Origin: Octopus bimaculoides
Taxonomy: Eukaryota
DNA: 56,071 nt
NCBI RefSeq assembly: GCF_001194135.2
Contig: NC_069000.1
Span: forward strand, 45,812,470-45,868,540
Reading direction: 5' to 3'
The translations under genes were made by a program, and so were the position numbers. This document shows positions 23,841 through 35,830 of this stretch, one piece after another. The notes below the pieces were generated by a model. That model was given only the letters and a program-made list of their open reading frames with translations, was not told where the DNA came from and ran no database searches. Position 1 is the stretch's first letter, and every line of letters begins with the position of its first letter.

Positions 23841-26299
23841 CAACAATAAGAACCGTTTCTAGGTTTTCCAATCAGAGAAGCTGAAAGCAGACAGGAATAT
23901 AAAGAAAATGGTGGACAACAGCAGAAACAACAACAACAACAACAGCTGAAGCAACATCTGTGCAGAAAGCAATGATTAGAAAGTAGAGGGTGTTCCATGT
24001 ACCCTGGTGAAGGTGACGGGTAGGGTATGGGGGTTGGTGGTGGACGTAGCAATGGTGATGGTATTTGTAGGAGGTAGTGATAGGGGTAGATGTGAATGAT
24101 GGTGGTGGGGATCATGTCTCTGTCGTTGTTGTTGTTGTTGTTGTGGTGAGTGTGGTGCTTGCAGTGGTGGTGGTGGTGGTGGTGATGGTGGTGGCTGTGG
24201 TGGTGGTGGTAACGATGTGTTGTAGTAGTAGTGGTTGTGGTGGTCATGGTGGTGGAGATGGTCATTGTCATAGTCGTAGTCATTGTCATGATGGTCATCG
24301 TGGTGGTGGTGGTNNNNNNNNNNNNNNNNNNNNNNNNNNNNNNNNNNNNNNNNNNNNNNNNNNNNNNNNNNNNNNNNNNNNNNNNNNNNNNNNNNNNNNN
24401 NNNNNNNNNNNNNNNNNNNNNNNNNNNNNNNNNNNNNNNNNNNNNNNNNNNNNNNNNNNNNNNNNNNNNNNNNNNNNNNNNNNNNNNNNNNNNNNNNNNN
24501 NNNNNNNNNNNNNNNNNNNNNNNNNNNNNNNNNNNNNNNNNNNNNNNNNNNNNNNNNNNNNNNNNNNNNNNNNNNNNNNNNNNNNNNNNNNNNNNNNNNN
24601 NNNNNNNNNNNNNNNNNNNNNNNNNNNNNNNNNNNNNNNNNNNNNNNNNNNNNNNNNNNNNNNNNNNNNNNNNNNNNNNNNNNNNNNNNNNNNNNNNNNN
24701 NNNNNNNNNNNNNNNNNNNNNNNNNNNNNNNNNNNNNNNNNNNNNNNNNNNNNNNNNNNNNNNNNNNNNNNNNNNNNNNNNNNNNNNNNNNNNNNNNNNN
24801 NNNNNNNNNNNNNNNNNNNNNNNNNNNNNNNNNNNNNNNNNNNNNNNNNNNNNNNNNNNNNNNNNNNNNNNNTTTTTTTTTTTTTTAATCACATACTGTG
24901 CATTTCGGACAATGGTTCTTTTATTTTATATCTTATACTTGTTTCATTGGACTGCAGTCATGCTCCAGCATGACTGCAGTCCAATGAAACAAGTATAAGA
25001 TATAAAATAAAAGAACCATTGTCCGAAATGCACAGTATGTGATTAAAAAAAAAAAAAAGAGGAAAACTGATGGGATAGCCATGGTTGGAATCCCTTTTAT
25101 CACAAAGCTGTTGAACTGGATGTGACTTAGGGCAAGACACCACCAATAAGATGGCTTATCCAATTTGGCCTGACTTTTCAACTAAAATCCTCCAGGGCTG
25201 TGCTCCAGAATGCCCACATAAAGATAACATTGTTATCTACCTTCAACTCCCTATTTTATCACATTGCTGACTCGGTCCCCTTTTATATACATTTATCTAT
25301 ATTTCCTTATCTAACTGGATTCTTCATTCTGCTTGTACCATCCTTCTCTGTTTCACAGTATTCTCTCTGCCATTTATAATCTCCTCAGAAAACCCTTTTT
25401 CAAACAGACCCTTGTATTTTGAACTATGTATTCTATTAAACACATTATTGAAAAGCACGTGCAGACAGAAACATCTGGACATTTGTGATGAATCATTTCT
25501 GTGTAATGTAATATTTTTAATAATTATTCTCCACGGCTAATCCTGTCTTGAGTTCTTGAATTGACAATCACTTCTAATTCATAACAAGCCTTTCAAACAC
25601 ACGCATCCATGCCCCCCACACACACACACGTGCACATGCACATACACACACGCGTGCACAAATATGCACACACATGCACACAAACACTCAGATACACACA
25701 CCTTCACACACATGTACACACATACACACACACGTGTACAAAGGCATACACATATACACACACATATATAGTCACATACACACAGACAAGCACACATTCA
25801 CACACAAGCACACATTCACACACACACACACACACACACGCACACACGCACACACACATACACACACACACATGCACTGTCCCTATCACAACCAAGTTAC
25901 CTTGACATCAAAAGAGGCAATGAAAATAAATAGCAAGATACACAGTGAGTAGGGGAGGGAGGGATAGAGAGAGAGAGACAGACAGACAGTAAGGAAGAGA
26001 ACACATGTGTGTGTATGTAAGAATATATGTACGTGTGTGTGTAGATCACGAATCTAACTCTGTTGCAATTTTCCACTGTCCAACCAAGTGAATATAATGA
26101 AATTAAAGAGACCAGCTGAGTGGGGTATTTATAGTGGAATATACTGACCTCAGTATATAACTGGTACTTTATTTTATCAACCCTCCCCCCATATAAGAGG
26201 ATCCCAACCAGGTTCCTGTAACTGTTAGAAACTGCAACCAAATCGTTCTGAAATCCTAGCTGACCATATTAAAAATAGAAATTACACGTTATACAAAAT

Positions 26300-26421
26300 A
26301 GCTTTACATGGCTTTCAAGATATTCTGCGATTTTACACTGACTATGTCCACCTTCCGAATGACCGACAATACGGCCTCTTTGAAATTCAGACAGGTCCAA
26401 GGCTTCTTTTGTACATGGCAT
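26300..26421 (-). mobile_element. Tc1-like transposase N-terminal (HTH) relic
   Basis: MPCTKEALDLSEFQRGRIVGHSEGGHSQCKIAEYL resembles the Tc1 start 'LSEFERGRIVG..E.G.S.R.IA..L'. Confidence 0.7.
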
Positions 26422-26568
26422 GATTAAACAGTCCCATATATAGAACCTGAAACATAAAAATATCAATTAATAAAAAATATAAACCTTTACAGGTTAGAAC
26501 AAGCATAAAACTATATTTTATGGAGTGTCTATTTACTTCTATCATATGTGTGTGTGTGTGTGTGTGTG

Positions 26569-26783
26569 CCCCACACAAAATAATGAAGGGGTTGAAATCT
26601 GAAGGGTGTGAGGTGACCAGATGTTATGTGGTCACAGAAATTGTCTGACAGCCATGACTGGGTTCTCCTGCTTGTGTGGCAGGGTGCAGAGTCCTGAAGG
26701 CAAGGATTATGGCAACATTCACCCAACTTAAACAAGGAGACTGTCCAGAAGAGTTGCAAGAGATTCCAAAGTAGTCTGGAGGC

Positions 26784-26784
<1 letters not shown>
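26569..26784. mobile_element. maT-type (DD37D) Tc1/mariner transposase fragment with internal inversion
   Basis: Minus strand 26696-26569: QDSAPCHTSRRTQSWLSDNFCDHIT..W.P...DFNPLHYFVWG. Plus strand 26694-26784: LKARIMATFT/NLNKETVQKSCKRFQSSLEA. Confidence 0.8.
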
Positions 26785-26827
<43 letters not shown>

Positions 26828-27151
26828 AATGTATATATGTATGTATATATATATATATANNNNNNNNNNNNNNNNNNNNNNNNNNNNNNNNNNNNNNNNN
26901 NNNNNNNNNNNNNNNNNNNNNNNNNNNNNNNNNNNNNNNNNNNNNNNNNNNNNNNNNNNNNNNNNNNNNNNNNNNNNNNNNNNNNNNNNNNNNNNNNNNN
27001 NNNNNNNNNNNNNNNNNNNNNNNNNNNNNNNNNNNNNNNNNNNNNNNNNNNNNNNNNNNNNNNNNNNNNNNNNNNNNNNNNNNNNNNNNNNNNNNNNNNN
27101 NNNNNNNNNNNNNNNNNNNNNNNNNNNNNNNNNNNNNNNNNNNNNNNNNNN

Positions 27152-27184
<33 letters not shown>

Positions 27185-27576
27185 ACTATCGAGGAAATAC
27201 AGTGAAGTGGTCTGTAAACCGATTCCATAGAGCTGGGAATAATGTAGTGCCAAACTCTTTCCTCACTGCTTCCCTTCCACCCCTCCATCCACCATGTTAC
27301 AGGAACTAGCTTTGGTTTCAGCTAAGATTTAGTGTCTGGAGATAAAATTAAGAAAGGCATAAACTTCACAGCATCACATCATTTTTTCCACTGCATGCCA
27401 TCATTTTTCAGTTGGAAGTACCACACAACATGATCTTTCTCACTCTCTCTCTTCACCCTTCTTTCATATATATATGTGTGTGTATGTGTATGCATGTATG
27501 TATATATATATAAAATTTTCAGAATGATTTAAAAATCCAAGGTTGTGAAAGATTTCAGAACATTTATAAAGAGAAA

Positions 27577-27624
27577 GTCTTACAGCTGTTTCCGGGATAT
27601 TTTATATATCCCTTCATCGGAGAC
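27577..27624 (-). ncRNA. Penelope-type minimal hammerhead ribozyme motif, variant core (CCGAUGA)
   Basis: Minus strand: GUCU CCGAUGA A GGGAUAU auaaa AUAUCCC g GAAAC agcu GUA AGAC. Stems I and II are perfect. Confidence 0.6.
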
Positions 27625-28441
27625 GGTGTGAGAAAATGGTTAAGCAATAGTTATTCTAGATAAGATATAGAATACAGAGTGAAGTGGAGGAATGAAAATA
27701 GACGTGAGATATGCAGGGATATTGCATCTGTAGTTCCATTATCTAGGCAGAATGGTATACATTTAAGATTCCTGTATCTTGTAATTCCAATAGTATTTAA
27801 AATTGGTCATTCCAAGCATAGAGTTTGTACACAGTGTAATTGACACCATAACCTCTCATAACCTATATATATATNNNNNNNNNNNNNNNNNNNNNNNNNN
27901 NNNNNNNNNNNNNNNNNNNNNNNNNNNNNNNNNNNNNNNNNNNNNNNNNNNNNNNNNNNNNNNNNNNNNNNNNNNNNNNNNNNNNNNNNNNNNNNNNNNN
28001 NNNNNNNNNNNNNNNNNNNNNNNNNNNNNNNNNNNNNNNNNNNNNNNNNNNNNNNNNNNNNNNNNNNNNNNNNNNNNNNNNNNNNNNNNNNNNNNNNNNN
28101 NNNNNNNNNNNNNNNNNNNNNNNNNNNNNNNNNNNNNNNNNNNNNNNNNNNNNNNNNNNNNNNNNNNNNNNNNNNNNNNNNNNNNNNNNNNNNNNNNNNN
28201 NNNNNNNNNNNNNNNNNNNNNNNNNNNNNNNNNNNNNNNNNNNNNNNNNNNNNNNNNNNNNNNNNNNNNNNNNNNNNNNNNNNNNNNNNNNNNNNNNNNN
28301 NNNNNNNNNNNNNNNNNNNNNNNNNNNNNNNNNNNNNNNNNNNNNNNNNNNNNNNNNNNNNNNNNNNNNNNNNNNNNNNNNNNNNNNNNNNNNNNNNNNN
28401 NNNNNNNNNNNNNNNNNNNNNNNCTCTCTAACTGTTCTTGT

Positions 28442-28510
<69 letters not shown>

Positions 28511-28511
<1 letters not shown>

Positions 28512-28860
28512 ACAAGAACAGTTAGAGAGTGCAAACCTCTGCCAAGGCAACACCAACATCCTCTCAATGATTAACCAGGGATGATTTTTAAAATGAGAAT
28601 ATCTGAAATAAACTCGATTGCTCTCACAAACGAGAATACTAAAAATGAACCCGACCACTCTCAAAAATTAAGCAAACAAACAGGAAAAATAATCCAGACT
28701 CCTTGTCCGGTACCGGATCGATCCCAAAATTTAATCAGTTCATGCCAGTCATGAGGCCAAACATCCCTCCAGTGGTTCTTGAGATATCTTGTCCATGGAC
28801 AAACAAACAAACAAACACAACTGAAAAGAATACCTCTGCCTTCGCTAAGGCAGAGGTAAT
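28511..28860 (+). mobile_element. Helentron/HINE-like non-autonomous element
   Basis: 5' subterminal acctctgcc (28535-28543), internal (CAAA)n, and a perfect 12-bp 3' hairpin tacctctgcctt-cgct-aaggcagaggta (28831-28858). Flanked by TAA-rich DNA. Confidence 0.6.
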
Positions 28861-28894
28861 AATAGTAATGTTTCAGGTTTTGATACAAGACAAG

Positions 28895-29015
28895 CAGTTT
28901 CAAGGAGTGGCATTAGTAAATACTATCAGTCCCAGTACTTTACATGTACTATATTCATTGACCCGGAATAATGAAAGGCAAAGTTGACCTCAACAGGATT
29001 TGAACTCAGAGCACA
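28895..29015 (-). mobile_element. SINE family D, partial
   Basis: Reverse complement of the core (aaggcaaagttgacctc...tttgaactcagagc). Confidence 0.65.
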
Positions 29016-29451
29016 AAGAGCCAGAAGATATACACCAATAGTCCCTGAAAAGAGGGCAAGGCCAGAAATATGGACAAAAGGACATAAGTCTAAATTGACT
29101 CCAGTTTTTGACTGAGTGATGTTGTCTGGCTGTGTGTGTGGGTGTGTATCCTTTTGTCTGTGTAACACATTAGAACAAAGCGTGTGTCACTATCAGGCAG
29201 GAGGTGTTCTTCATTTCTGGTGAAAACGTATCCAGCCATTTCCTCGCTTGGAAAGAAGTCACAATTGGCGACATGAAAGGCAGATGGCCATAAGAAAAAA
29301 AAACCCTCACCGAACCCCATTTGGCCATACATGCAAGGAAGAGGTCCATAAAAAACGATCACCAACATCATCATCATTATCATCATCATGTGTATATATA
29401 TGTGTGTGTGAGAATGTTTATATACAAGTCTTTTAATCTTTTTTTTTTTTT

Positions 29452-30104
29452 TTTGCTTCAGTCAATAGACTACAGCCAAGCTGGGGCAATGCCTTGAACA
29501 ATTTTTAATCAAATGAGTTGTCTGCAGAACGTCTTTCGTTTTTTTTTTAGCCTGGTGTTCTATCATTCTCTTTTGCTGAACCGTTAAGTTATGGGGATGT
29601 AAACACACCAACACCTTTGTCAAGCGGTGAGAGGAGAATAACGCAAACACAGACACAAAGATACAAATACATACATACATATATATATATANNNNNNNNN
29701 NNNNNNNNNNNNNNNNNNNNNNNNNNNNNNNNNNNNNNNNNNNNNNNNNNNNNNNNNNNNNNNNNNNNNNNNNNNNNNNNNNNNNNNNNNNNNNNNNNNN
29801 NNNNNNNNNNNNNNNNNNNNNNNNNNNNNNNNNNNNNNNNNNNNNNNNNNNNNNNNNNNNNNNNNNNNNNNNNNNNNNNNNNNNNNNNNNNNNNNNNNNN
29901 NNNNNNNNNNNNNNNNNNNNNNNNNNNNNNNNNNNNNNNNNNNNNNNNNNNNNNNNNNNNNNNNNNNNNNNNNNNNNNNNNNNNNNNNNNNNNNNNNNNN
30001 NNNNNNNNNNNNNGGATGTTACTGTTGCTTTTAGCCCCTGGGGCTAAAAGCAACAGTAACATCCACCCCTAGGGGTCAGCCACACTTAAGTGGCAATATA
30101 CTAC

Positions 30105-30142
<38 letters not shown>

Positions 30143-30300
30143 GATAGATAGATATAGATATAGATATAGATATATAGATATATGACAGGCTTCTTTCAGT
30201 TTCCATCTACAAAATCCACTTGCAAGACTTTGATCGGCCCAAGGCTACAGAGGAAGACACTTTCCCAAGGTGTCACAAAATAGGACTGAACTCAGAACTA
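29452..30300 (-). mobile_element. SINE family B spanning a gap
   Basis: Tail reverse complement at 29452-29670 and head reverse complement at 30186-30300; continuity across the gap is assumed. Confidence 0.65.
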
Positions 30301-30889
30301 AGAGTATTGTATACTTCAATGAAATGTTCTGAAAACATTGTACTTAATATGCTATAAACATCCTGTTGTGTTCACGGTGGTGGTGGTGGTGGTGGTGGTG
30401 GTGGTGGTACTGGTGGTGGTGTTGGTGGTGGACCTAGTATCACAATAGAATGGGTTCGCTTACAAAATATTATAGAAATTAATAAAAACTGAATTCATGC
30501 AACATTAAGTTTTCCGTTACAGCATACAAACACTTACACACACACATGTTGTGTGTGAATGTTTGTTGTGTATGTGTGTGTTTGTGTGTGAGAGAGAGAG
30601 AAGAATATAATTCAAGAAAAATTTAACTCCTATTTCTAGTTGGTTGTGTGACCACACTGAGGGTCTCATACAGGCTATAAACGTTTGAAGGGTCTACAGA
30701 AGACAATGTTGACAAACATGGTGGTCACATGAACCGATATGGATTGACCTACTTGACTACATCATAATACAGTAAGCTTGGTCAAATGATATTACAGCTT
30801 AGCCAGTGTGCTCAGCTAATTTACATAATTTATTACTGTAGCCACTAAACTGGATAATGTAGTTGTAATTTACTTGGAAAAACACATTC

Positions 30890-31118
30890 TTTTATTCTTT
30901 TACTAGTTTCAGTCATTTGACTGCGGCCATGCTGGAACACCACCTTTTAGTCGAGCAAATCAACCCCAAGACTTATTCTTTGTAAGCCTAGTACTTATTC
31001 CATCAATCTCTTTTGCCGAACTGCTGCATTATGGGCACGTAAACACACCAGCATCTGTTGTCAAGCGATGGTGGGGGGACAAACACAGACACACAAATAC
31101 ATACATACATATATACAT

Positions 31119-31171
<53 letters not shown>

Positions 31172-31535
31172 GTATGTATGTATGTATGTATATATATATA
31201 TATATATATATACATATAGTTGACATTTGACATTTACAGAAAAACAAAAGACAAAGACAGGTGTATTAGTCTGATGCTCAGGAAGGTGAGAAAGTCTTTT
31301 ACATTTTGAGCCTGTGCTCTTCAACAGAGAGGAACACGAGGAAATAAGCAGCGAGAGAATAAATATATGTATACAATGGGCTTCTTTCAGTTTTCTGTCT
31401 ACCAAATCCAGTTACAAGGCTTTGGTCAGCCCGAGGCTATAGTAGAAGACACTTGCCAAAGGTGCCACACAGTGAGACTGAATCCGGGACCATGTGGTTG
31501 GGAAGCAAGCTTCTTACCACTCAGCCACTCCTGCA
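30890..31535 (-). mobile_element. SINE family B, full length, with an extra insert near 31220-31370
   Basis: Tail reverse complement at 30890-31100; head reverse complement at 31378-31535. Confidence 0.85.
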
Positions 31536-31848
31536 CCAGTATTTAAGTGCAAAATGGCTTGGATGTAAAGGGAGTCTGTTTGGTTGTAAATGGTATTACA
31601 TCACCTCCATTCTTGTCTGTATATTTTTTCAGCCAACAAGTTGCTGTGTGTGTTGAACTCTTCCACCCAACCAGAGATAATTGTCACTATGAGAGCCGCT
31701 AGAATGTTGTAGCTTGGTGTCACTTGTAGAAAATGTTTACTCTCTGTTTTGATATTTAGATTCTATTTTAGTTATTGTTGTTGTTTAGTAATTTAGTATT
31801 TCATCACTTGTTGATATCAACCTGTCATCTCTCTCACTCCTTCTCATT

Positions 31849-31905
<57 letters not shown>

Positions 31906-32607
31906 TCTTCCCTTCTGCCTTTTTGTCAATCTAGTTTGTTTCTCTTTTCTCTGTCAATCTATCATTGACAGAGAAGACATGTATGTGTGTGTGTGTATGT
32001 GTGTGTGTGTGTGTATTTAGAAGCACACTCACATTCACACACCAACACCTTGTGTTACATATTAGACATTTCCTCTGTGAACAAAACCACAATTTATAAA
32101 AATCCACTTTTCATTGTTTGACCCATCTCTGGAATTTCCAGCTTACATTTGAACCTACTCGTAAAGAACAATCTGGTTGTTTCATAAATATACACAAAGG
32201 AAAGCAATCAGTCAGTCATACTTTGTTCATTTTTTGTGTCCTGGACCAACAGCTAATCGTTACATTGAGTCACTTTTATAGCAGTTTTCTACTTTCTGAA
32301 AGTTCAATATTTTTCTTTTTAATTAAATATTTTTGCTACCCACCAAAACATCTTATTTAATTGTAAAGCAGTATCATTGGAGACAGGTACAATGCTGACT
32401 GATGCTCCACAGCCTCTTAAAATCAGCAGAAATTTACAAACATGAACTTCAAATTCTTGTGGTCACCAGACTAGTGTTAGGGGTAGCTGTGTGTGTCACA
32501 GTACCTTGCACAATGTGGTGTCATTCATATTAAAGTACAGGTACCAGTATTTCATTTAGTTATTCAAGTAAATTTCATCACTGTCGTCGTTGTTGTCGTT
32601 GTCATCG

Positions 32608-32624
<17 letters not shown>

Positions 32625-32640
<16 letters not shown>

Positions 32641-33045
32641 CCATCCAAACTTTCATTTTCCAAGCTAGTATAAGTTCGATGCTTTGACAGGAGCTGGCAT
32701 GGCTGGAGAGCTGCACCAGGCTCCAATTGTCTGTTTTGGCATGGTTTCTACAGCAGGTAGCGTCAGCTCAAGGTACCAGCAACTCAGGCAGTCGCCTGGG
32801 GCACCATGTGGTAGGGGGTGCCAAGAAGGATGTGACAAAGACAAGGAAAGTTCAGCTTGCCCGGGGCACCAGCAACCCTAGGACCGACCCTGACAGCAGG
32901 ATACCTTTCCTAATGCCAACCACTTTACAGAATGTACTCTGATGCTTTTCATACGGGGCCCAGTGCAAGAGCTTTATATGTGGCATCAGCACCAGTGCTT
33001 TTCAAATGGTGCCAGCACAGGTATTTTCTAGGTGGCACTAGAACA
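32625..33045 (-). mobile_element. Family E copy interrupted by a MITE
   Basis: The consensus tttctacagctggatgcccttcctaatgcc is split at 32750-32900. Confidence 0.8.
32758..32892. mobile_element. hAT-type MITE (135 bp) with 8-bp TSD
   Basis: TSD acagcagg at 32750-32757 and 32893-32900. Right end ctaggaccgaccctg; the left TIR is degenerate (about 10/16). Confidence 0.75.
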
Positions 33046-33268
33046 GGTAATAATTATTTAATTTAGAGGTGACCTTCCTGGAAATGCATCAATGCTACAT
33101 TCTTATGACTCAAACTTCCCTTCTTATTTAAAGTTGGTACCAATTGCCACCAAGTGATTGTTCTACCCTCTCTGGAAGTGGAAATACTTTCAACACCTGC
33201 ATTTGTTTATGTTGTTCAAATACACACCACTGAACACTTCAAGATATTTCTGTCAGCTCATATTTGTT

Positions 33269-33359
<91 letters not shown>

Positions 33360-33366
33360 GTGTATG

Positions 33367-33400
<34 letters not shown>

Positions 33401-33475
33401 TGTGTGTANNNNNNNNNNNNNNNNNNNNNNNNNNNNNNNNNNNNNNNNNNNNNNNNNNNNNNNNNNNATATATAT

Positions 33476-33845
33476 GTAGGCACAGGTGTAGCCGTTTGCT
33501 AAGAAGTTTTCTTCCCAACTACATGATTCTAGGATCAGATCCACAGCATGGCACCTTGGACGGGTGTCTTATGCTATAACCCCATCCCAATCAAAGCCTT
33601 GAGAGTGAATTTACTAGATGGAAACTAAAAGAAGCCCATCATGTATATATCTAGGCGTAACTATCTTTGTGTCTGTTTTTGTCCCCCACTGCCACTTGAG
33701 AACCGGTGTTGGTTTCCTTACATCCCTATAACGTAGCAGTCCAGCAAGAAGAGACTGTTGGAACAAGGACCAGCCTTTAGATATAAAGTGCTGGTGTTAA
33801 TTTGTTTGAGTTTATACTTTCAAGGTGATGCCCCAGGGTGGGGAA
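33476..33845 (+). mobile_element. SINE family B, diverged
   Basis: Head and tail motifs are both present. Confidence 0.75.
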
Positions 33846-33976
33846 ATGAATGAAAGATAAAAGGTTTATGTGAGTGCATGTATGCATACACACAGACACA
33901 GACACACACACAAGCACAGACATATGTATCTATGTATATATATACATACATGTATATATATATATATATAGACAGA

Positions 33977-34038
<62 letters not shown>

Positions 34039-35079
34039 CAGAACTATTGAGGAAATACAGTGAAATGGTCTGTAAACCGATTCCATAGAACTGAGAATAA
34101 TGTAGTGCCAAACTCTTTCCTCACTGCTTCCCTTCCACCCCTCCATCCACCATGTTACCAGAACTAGCTTCTGTTTCCAGGAGCCAAAGACCTGTGGCCA
34201 CCACCAATGATATATCGTTGTGGATGAGCAGACAGGGGACGAGGTAAGGTTGGTGTTAGGAAGGGCATCCAGCCATAAAATCTCTGCCAAAACAGAAACA
34301 GTAGCCTTGGGTAGATTTTCTACCTGGCTGGCTCCTGTCAACCGTCCTATCCATGGAAGATGGACATTAAATAATGATGATGATAATGATGATAAATAGC
34401 TAGATGTATGTGTGTGCGTGAGTATGTACACACACATACACATATGTATATGTACCATGAAGAAAGAAAAAATTTAAGTGAAGTAAATTAAAAAATATAT
34501 ATATATATATGTATTAATGGAAAGTAAACCTGAAATTAAAATCAAATAAAAAGAGAAAAATTGACAGCCTCGAATACAAATTAAAACACATCCCCCTCCA
34601 CACACACACATACAATCCACTATCCAGTCCCCTCCACACTCACCCATCTGCTAAAACATGAATTTCCTGTCCTAATTTATTTACCAAAATGTCTCTCAGT
34701 TTTGTTAGTTTTTTTTGTTTTTCTCAGTTTTTTTGTTTTTTTTCTCAGTTTTTTTTTGTGTTTCTCAGGTTTTTTTTGTTGTTTTTCTCAGGTTTTTTTG
34801 TTTTTTTGTCAGGTTTCGTTTTAGTCTTTTAAACATTTTCCTTTCACAAGTTTGCTGTTCCTTTTGATGTCTTTGCTTATCTTCTAGCATTTACTTGTTC
34901 CCTTCATTAGAATGTGGCCATGCTGGGGCAGCACTCTGAAAGGTTTAGTTAAATGAATTCACCGAAGTATTTTTATTATTTTAAAGCTTGGTTCTTGTTT
35001 TGTTGTTCTCTTCTTGCCAAACTGCTAAGTCATGGGGTTGTAAACAAATTATTGACCAAGACCAATTGCCATGTGGTGG

Positions 35080-35830
35080 TGGTCTTTTTTGTGGAAGGGA
35101 GGAAAGCCACTTGTAAGGTGTTCCGTTTGCTGCCAGGAACCGCTAAAGGGCAGGTTGGGAATGCCTTGGCTAATGATGCGGAGACATGCGTAGAGGCTGA
35201 GACATCCCTGGTGCCACCTGGAAGGTGATAAGGTCTGGAGTCTGCTGGCAGAGGAATTCTTCCCACGACTGGCCTGTATGGAGAGATTTAAACCCGGTTT
35301 CATAAAAAGATGGAATCTGATTTTATTGCAGAAGGAGTGCCGACAGGCAGTCTCGCTGATCTACAAGACAGGTAAGGCCGGTAGCAGGAATACCACCTCG
35401 GTGTTCTGTCGAGGGCTGGTAGAGGCTAAAAATGATGACATCCTAGGAGGGGCTCTGGGGTTTGATGAGAACCAACTTGCCAACCTGTTTAAAAAGACTT
35501 TCAGGCCAGGGTACTTGGACAATTACCAAAAATCCCTGACCTGGCAGTGCTACAGGAACGCTTTACCTGTTCGCAATAAGTTATCTAGGCACGGAATGTC
35601 AGTGCCACTGACATGTCCAAGATGCAGGCTGGACGATGAAACCATCCAGCACACTCTTGTACAATGTCGGAAGCTGTAAGCTTGATAAGTTACATAGAAC
35701 ATGTGTTGTCACATCTGGGACGAGTACAGCTGTACCGAGGAAGGGAAATTACCCAGAAACCATTGCTCTTCAGGTATTGCTATGGCTAGAAAGGGAGCAG
35801 CGGACTTCTTTGCTCACAGTATATGGACAC
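35080..35830 (+). mobile_element. Tx1/L1-clade LINE ORF2 C-terminal fragment with zinc knuckle
   Basis: ORF 35278-35679 ends WQCYRNALPVRNKLSRHG...CPRCRLDDETIQHTLVQC, a zf-RVT-like CCHC. Confidence 0.8.

Noticed and set aside
30640-30771. Segment with a good acceptor (tatttctag) and donor (gtaagc)
   Set aside because: There are stops in all three frames; it could be a non-coding exon but the sequence alone cannot support that.
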